From Candidatus Rokuibacteriota bacterium (lineage in GTDB: Bacteria > Methylomirabilota > Methylomirabilia > Rokubacteriales > DASRDR01): a stretch of DNA of 42,537 bases. The first letter of the stretch is position 1. Every line of letters starts with the position of its first letter. Positions 40,046 to 42,537 of this stretch are shown piece after piece. Under the pieces are notes generated by a model, which was not told the DNA's origin, did no database searches, and saw only the letters and a list, made by a program, of their open reading frames with translations. The stretch is from NCBI GenBank assembly GCA_044866005.1, contig JBIOTN010000211.1, positions 1 through 42,537 of the forward strand, given 5' to 3'. The position numbers were made by a program, and so were the translations under genes.

Positions 40046-42537
40046 ATGCGAACCCCACGCGAAAGCGAACGCACCCGTCGGCACCCTCACCGTGTCAGCC
40101 CATGGTGGCTGCTGACCGCCGCACTTTGGCTCGCGACGCCGCTCTGGGCTCAGGAGCCCGGCACCTGGGCGCCGATGGCAGACCTGAACCAGGCCCGCGC
40201 CGGGCACACCGCGACCCTGCTCCCGAACGGCACGGTATTGATCGCCGGTGGCCGGGACGCCGCCGGCCAGCCGCTGGCCTCCGCCGAGATCTACGACCCC
40301 GCCACGGGGATCTTCACGTTGCTCGCGTCGCCGCTGTCGGCGCCAGTCTGGGGCCACACGGCGAACCGGCTCAATGACGGCACGGTCCTGATCGCGGGCG
40401 GGAATGGCGACGGCGGTCTGGCGGTCGCCAATGTCCAGCTCTTCGATCCCACGACCGGTACGTTCACATCTCTCGGCTTGATGGCCTCGCCGCGAGCGCA
40501 GCACACCGCCACGTTGCTTCGGGACGGGCGAGTGCTCCTCGCGGGTGGGACAGACGGCTCGAGCGCCCTGGCTTCGCTGGAAATTTACGACTCCGGCACC
40601 CGCGCGCTGTCATCTGCGTCCCAGACCTTGGCAACGCCCCGCCAGAGCCATACCGCGGCCATGCTGCCGGACGGGAGAATTCTGCTGGCGGGTGGCTCGA
40701 ACTCGGCGGGCGCCCTCAACTCGGCGGAGCTTTACGATCCCGCCGGCGACACGGTGGCTCCGGCGGGCGCGCTCGCCGCTGCGCGCACGCGCGCCAGCGC
40801 GGCGCTCTTGCTGGACGACACCGTGCTGGTCGCAGGCGGCCAGGACGGACAGAACCTGGATCTCGACTCCGCGGAAGTCTACGACCCGACGTCGAACGCG
40901 TTTTCGCTCCTGCCCGCGCGAATGGGCACGCCGCGCAGCGGGAACCTCGGCCTCCACTTGCTCAACAACGGCAGAGTCTTGATCGGGGGCGGGACGAGCG
41001 GCGGCCAACTCGCCTCGACGATCGAACTCTATGACCCCCTCACGCGTACCTTCGGACCGGTCGGCTCGCCCGCCACGGTCAGGCAGCTGTTCGGGGCCAA
41101 CTTCTTCGTCGAGCCGTACACCGGCATCCTGCTCGCCACCGGCGGCCTCGACAGCGCCGACCAGCCGCTGGCATCTTCGGAGGCCTTCTACTACCCCACG
41201 TTGCGCACCGACAAGCCCACCTACGCGCCCGGCGAAACGGTCACCCTGATGGGGGAGGGCTGGGTGCCGGGTGAGATGATCGCCATCAGAATCCAAGAGT
41301 CGAGCGGCGACCCTGACACGAACCTGGCCGCGACCGCCGACGCCCAGGGCGCTTTTGTCAACACCGAATTCCAAGCCAATCCCAGCCGGTTGGATGTCGG
41401 CGTCCGCTTCCTGGTCACCGCTTCGGGCCAGCAGTCCGGATGGACGGCACAGGCGGTGTTCACCGACGGGAACCGGACGTTTGATCAGTGTCAGGATGAT
41501 ACCAACAACGACGACGTCAAAGATCCCTGCGTGTGGATAAACGGCAGCATCAATCCGGGCATATCGGCGTACCACGAAGGCGACAGTGTCGCCTTTAGGA
41601 TTTGGCTCGACGGCCTGAGCCCGAATTCGACCCACACGGCGACGATTCGGTACGACTTCACGAAGCAGACAATGAGCGGCGGCGTGATCGTGCTCGGCTA
41701 CGACTATCTGACGCACCCCGACGCGACGGAGACGGCTACCTCGCAGAGATGTACAGACATTCCCGGGCCCATTGGGACCAGCGCCGCAGCGTGTGCGGGC
41801 ATGAGCGGCTCGATCCCGATGGCAATACCCTCGGACAGCTTCGCGTTTTCGTCCTCGTTGTCGGGCGCGAACGCGGCACTCGCAGGCCAGGCCGTCGCCA
41901 CCCGGGAGACCGCAAATCCCGCGTTGAAGCAAATCGTCCTGTTCGGAGGCACGCTGACCGGGATCAGCTCCATTGGCAAGGTCGGCGACCCGAATACCGC
42001 TTCGGATAGCCAATCGGAGCTCACCATCACGTTCACTGTGGGCTCCGGCTCCGGTGCGGCGTGCACCGGTCCGCCAACCAACCAAAATTGCAGGGTGAAC
42101 ATCCTGTTTGGCGGCCACCTGGCAAAGGGAACGAGCGACGCGTCCGGTTGGGGCAGTGGCCGGGGCGCAAGCAGCTTCCCCGGAGCCTCGATCTCCATGA
42201 GGATGCATCTGATCGATGGCGATTCGTCGGGAGCCGTGAACCGAAGCATTCAGCCAGCGGCGGTCCTCTCGCCCGCCCCGGCCCCGGGCCACATCGTCGT
42301 CGACAAGGTGACCTCCCCCTCCGGGGATCCCACCAGCTTCAGCTTCAGCACCACGGGCACCGGCTATGCGAGCTTCAGCCTCACCGACGCCGATGCCCCC
42401 AATGACCAGACCCTCGCCCCCGGCTCCTACTCGGTCACCGAGGCCATCCCGGCGGGCTGGATCCTCACCGGCCTGAGCTGCCTCTCCAGCCTGGGCACGA
42501 GCACCGCCATGACGACCTCGCCGCCCGTCCCCGGCCC
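40046..42537 (+). CDS. Large secreted kelch-repeat beta-propeller / Ig-like surface protein, 3' truncated by window
   Basis: Not in ORF track (no stop in window). Signal peptide WWLLTAALWLATPLWA; seven kelch blades (e.g. HTATLLPNGTVLIAGG...AEIYDP); TDKPTYAPGETV Ig-like segment; IVVDKVT...PGSYSVTE module; alternative start 40025. Confidence 0.88.
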   Translation, partial: MRTPRESERTRRHPHRVSPWWLLTAALWLATPLWAQEPGTWAPMADLNQARAGHTATLLPNGTVLIAGGRDAAGQPLASAEIYDPATGIFTLLASPLSAPVWGHTANRLNDGTVLIAGGNGDGGLAVANVQLFDPTTGTFTSLGLMASPRAQHTATLLRDGRVLLAGGTDGSSALASLEIYDSGTRALSSASQTLATPRQSHTAAMLPDGRILLAGGSNSAGALNSAELYDPAGDTVAPAGALAAARTRASAALLLDDTVLVAGGQDGQNLDLDSAEVYDPTSNAFSLLPARMGTPRSGNLGLHLLNNGRVLIGGGTSGGQLASTIELYDPLTRTFGPVGSPATVRQLFGANFFVEPYTGILLATGGLDSADQPLASSEAFYYPTLRTDKPTYAPGETVTLMGEGWVPGEMIAIRIQESSGDPDTNLAATADAQGAFVNTEFQANPSRLDVGVRFLVTASGQQSGWTAQAVFTDGNRTFDQCQDDTNNDDVKDPCVWINGSINPGISAYHEGDSVAFRIWLDGLSPNSTHTATIRYDFTKQTMSGGVIVLGYDYLTHPDATETATSQRCTDIPGPIGTSAAACAGMSGSIPMAIPSDSFAFSSSLSGANAALAGQAVATRETANPALKQIVLFGGTLTGISSIGKVGDPNTASDSQSELTITFTVGSGSGAACTGPPTNQNCRVNILFGGHLAKGTSDASGWGSGRGASSFPGASISMRMHLIDGDSSGAVNRSIQPAAVLSPAPAPGHIVVDKVTSPSGDPTSFSFSTTGTGYASFSLTDADAPNDQTLAPGSYSVTEAIPAGWILTGLSCLSSLGTSTAMTTSPPVPG

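Overview
High-GC bacterial chromosome segment; gene style and repeats suggest Rokubacteria/Methylomirabilota, which is an inference. About 1-25.7 kb is a minus-strand core translation/isoprenoid superoperon: rplM-rpsI-argC-argJ-rpsB-tsf-pyrH-frr-uppS-cdsA-dxr-rseP-ispG-proS-rimP-nusA-ylxR-infB-DUF503-rbfA-nrnA-truB-ribF-rpsO-pnp(partial). About 25.6-39.7 kb is a co-oriented, largely translationally coupled accessory run: TPR, atypical SDR, PaaK-like ligase, VOC, MmgE/PrpD, NitT/TauT ABC transporter, Zn-ADH, a 51-aa basic protein, nitrilase-fold protein, lipoprotein, ACT-malic enzyme, aminotransferase, membrane protein, nth. A large secreted kelch-propeller protein starts on the + strand at ~40.0 kb and runs off the window. 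The standout is a 372-aa intein with a LAGLIDADG endonuclease inserted in IspG exactly before the [4Fe-4S]-ligating cysteine of the MGCxVNGPGE motif. Also notable are two families of structured intergenic repeats that sit at stop codons (one showing compensatory base changes), a nitrilase-fold protein lacking its catalytic Cys, and an SDR with His in place of the catalytic Tyr.
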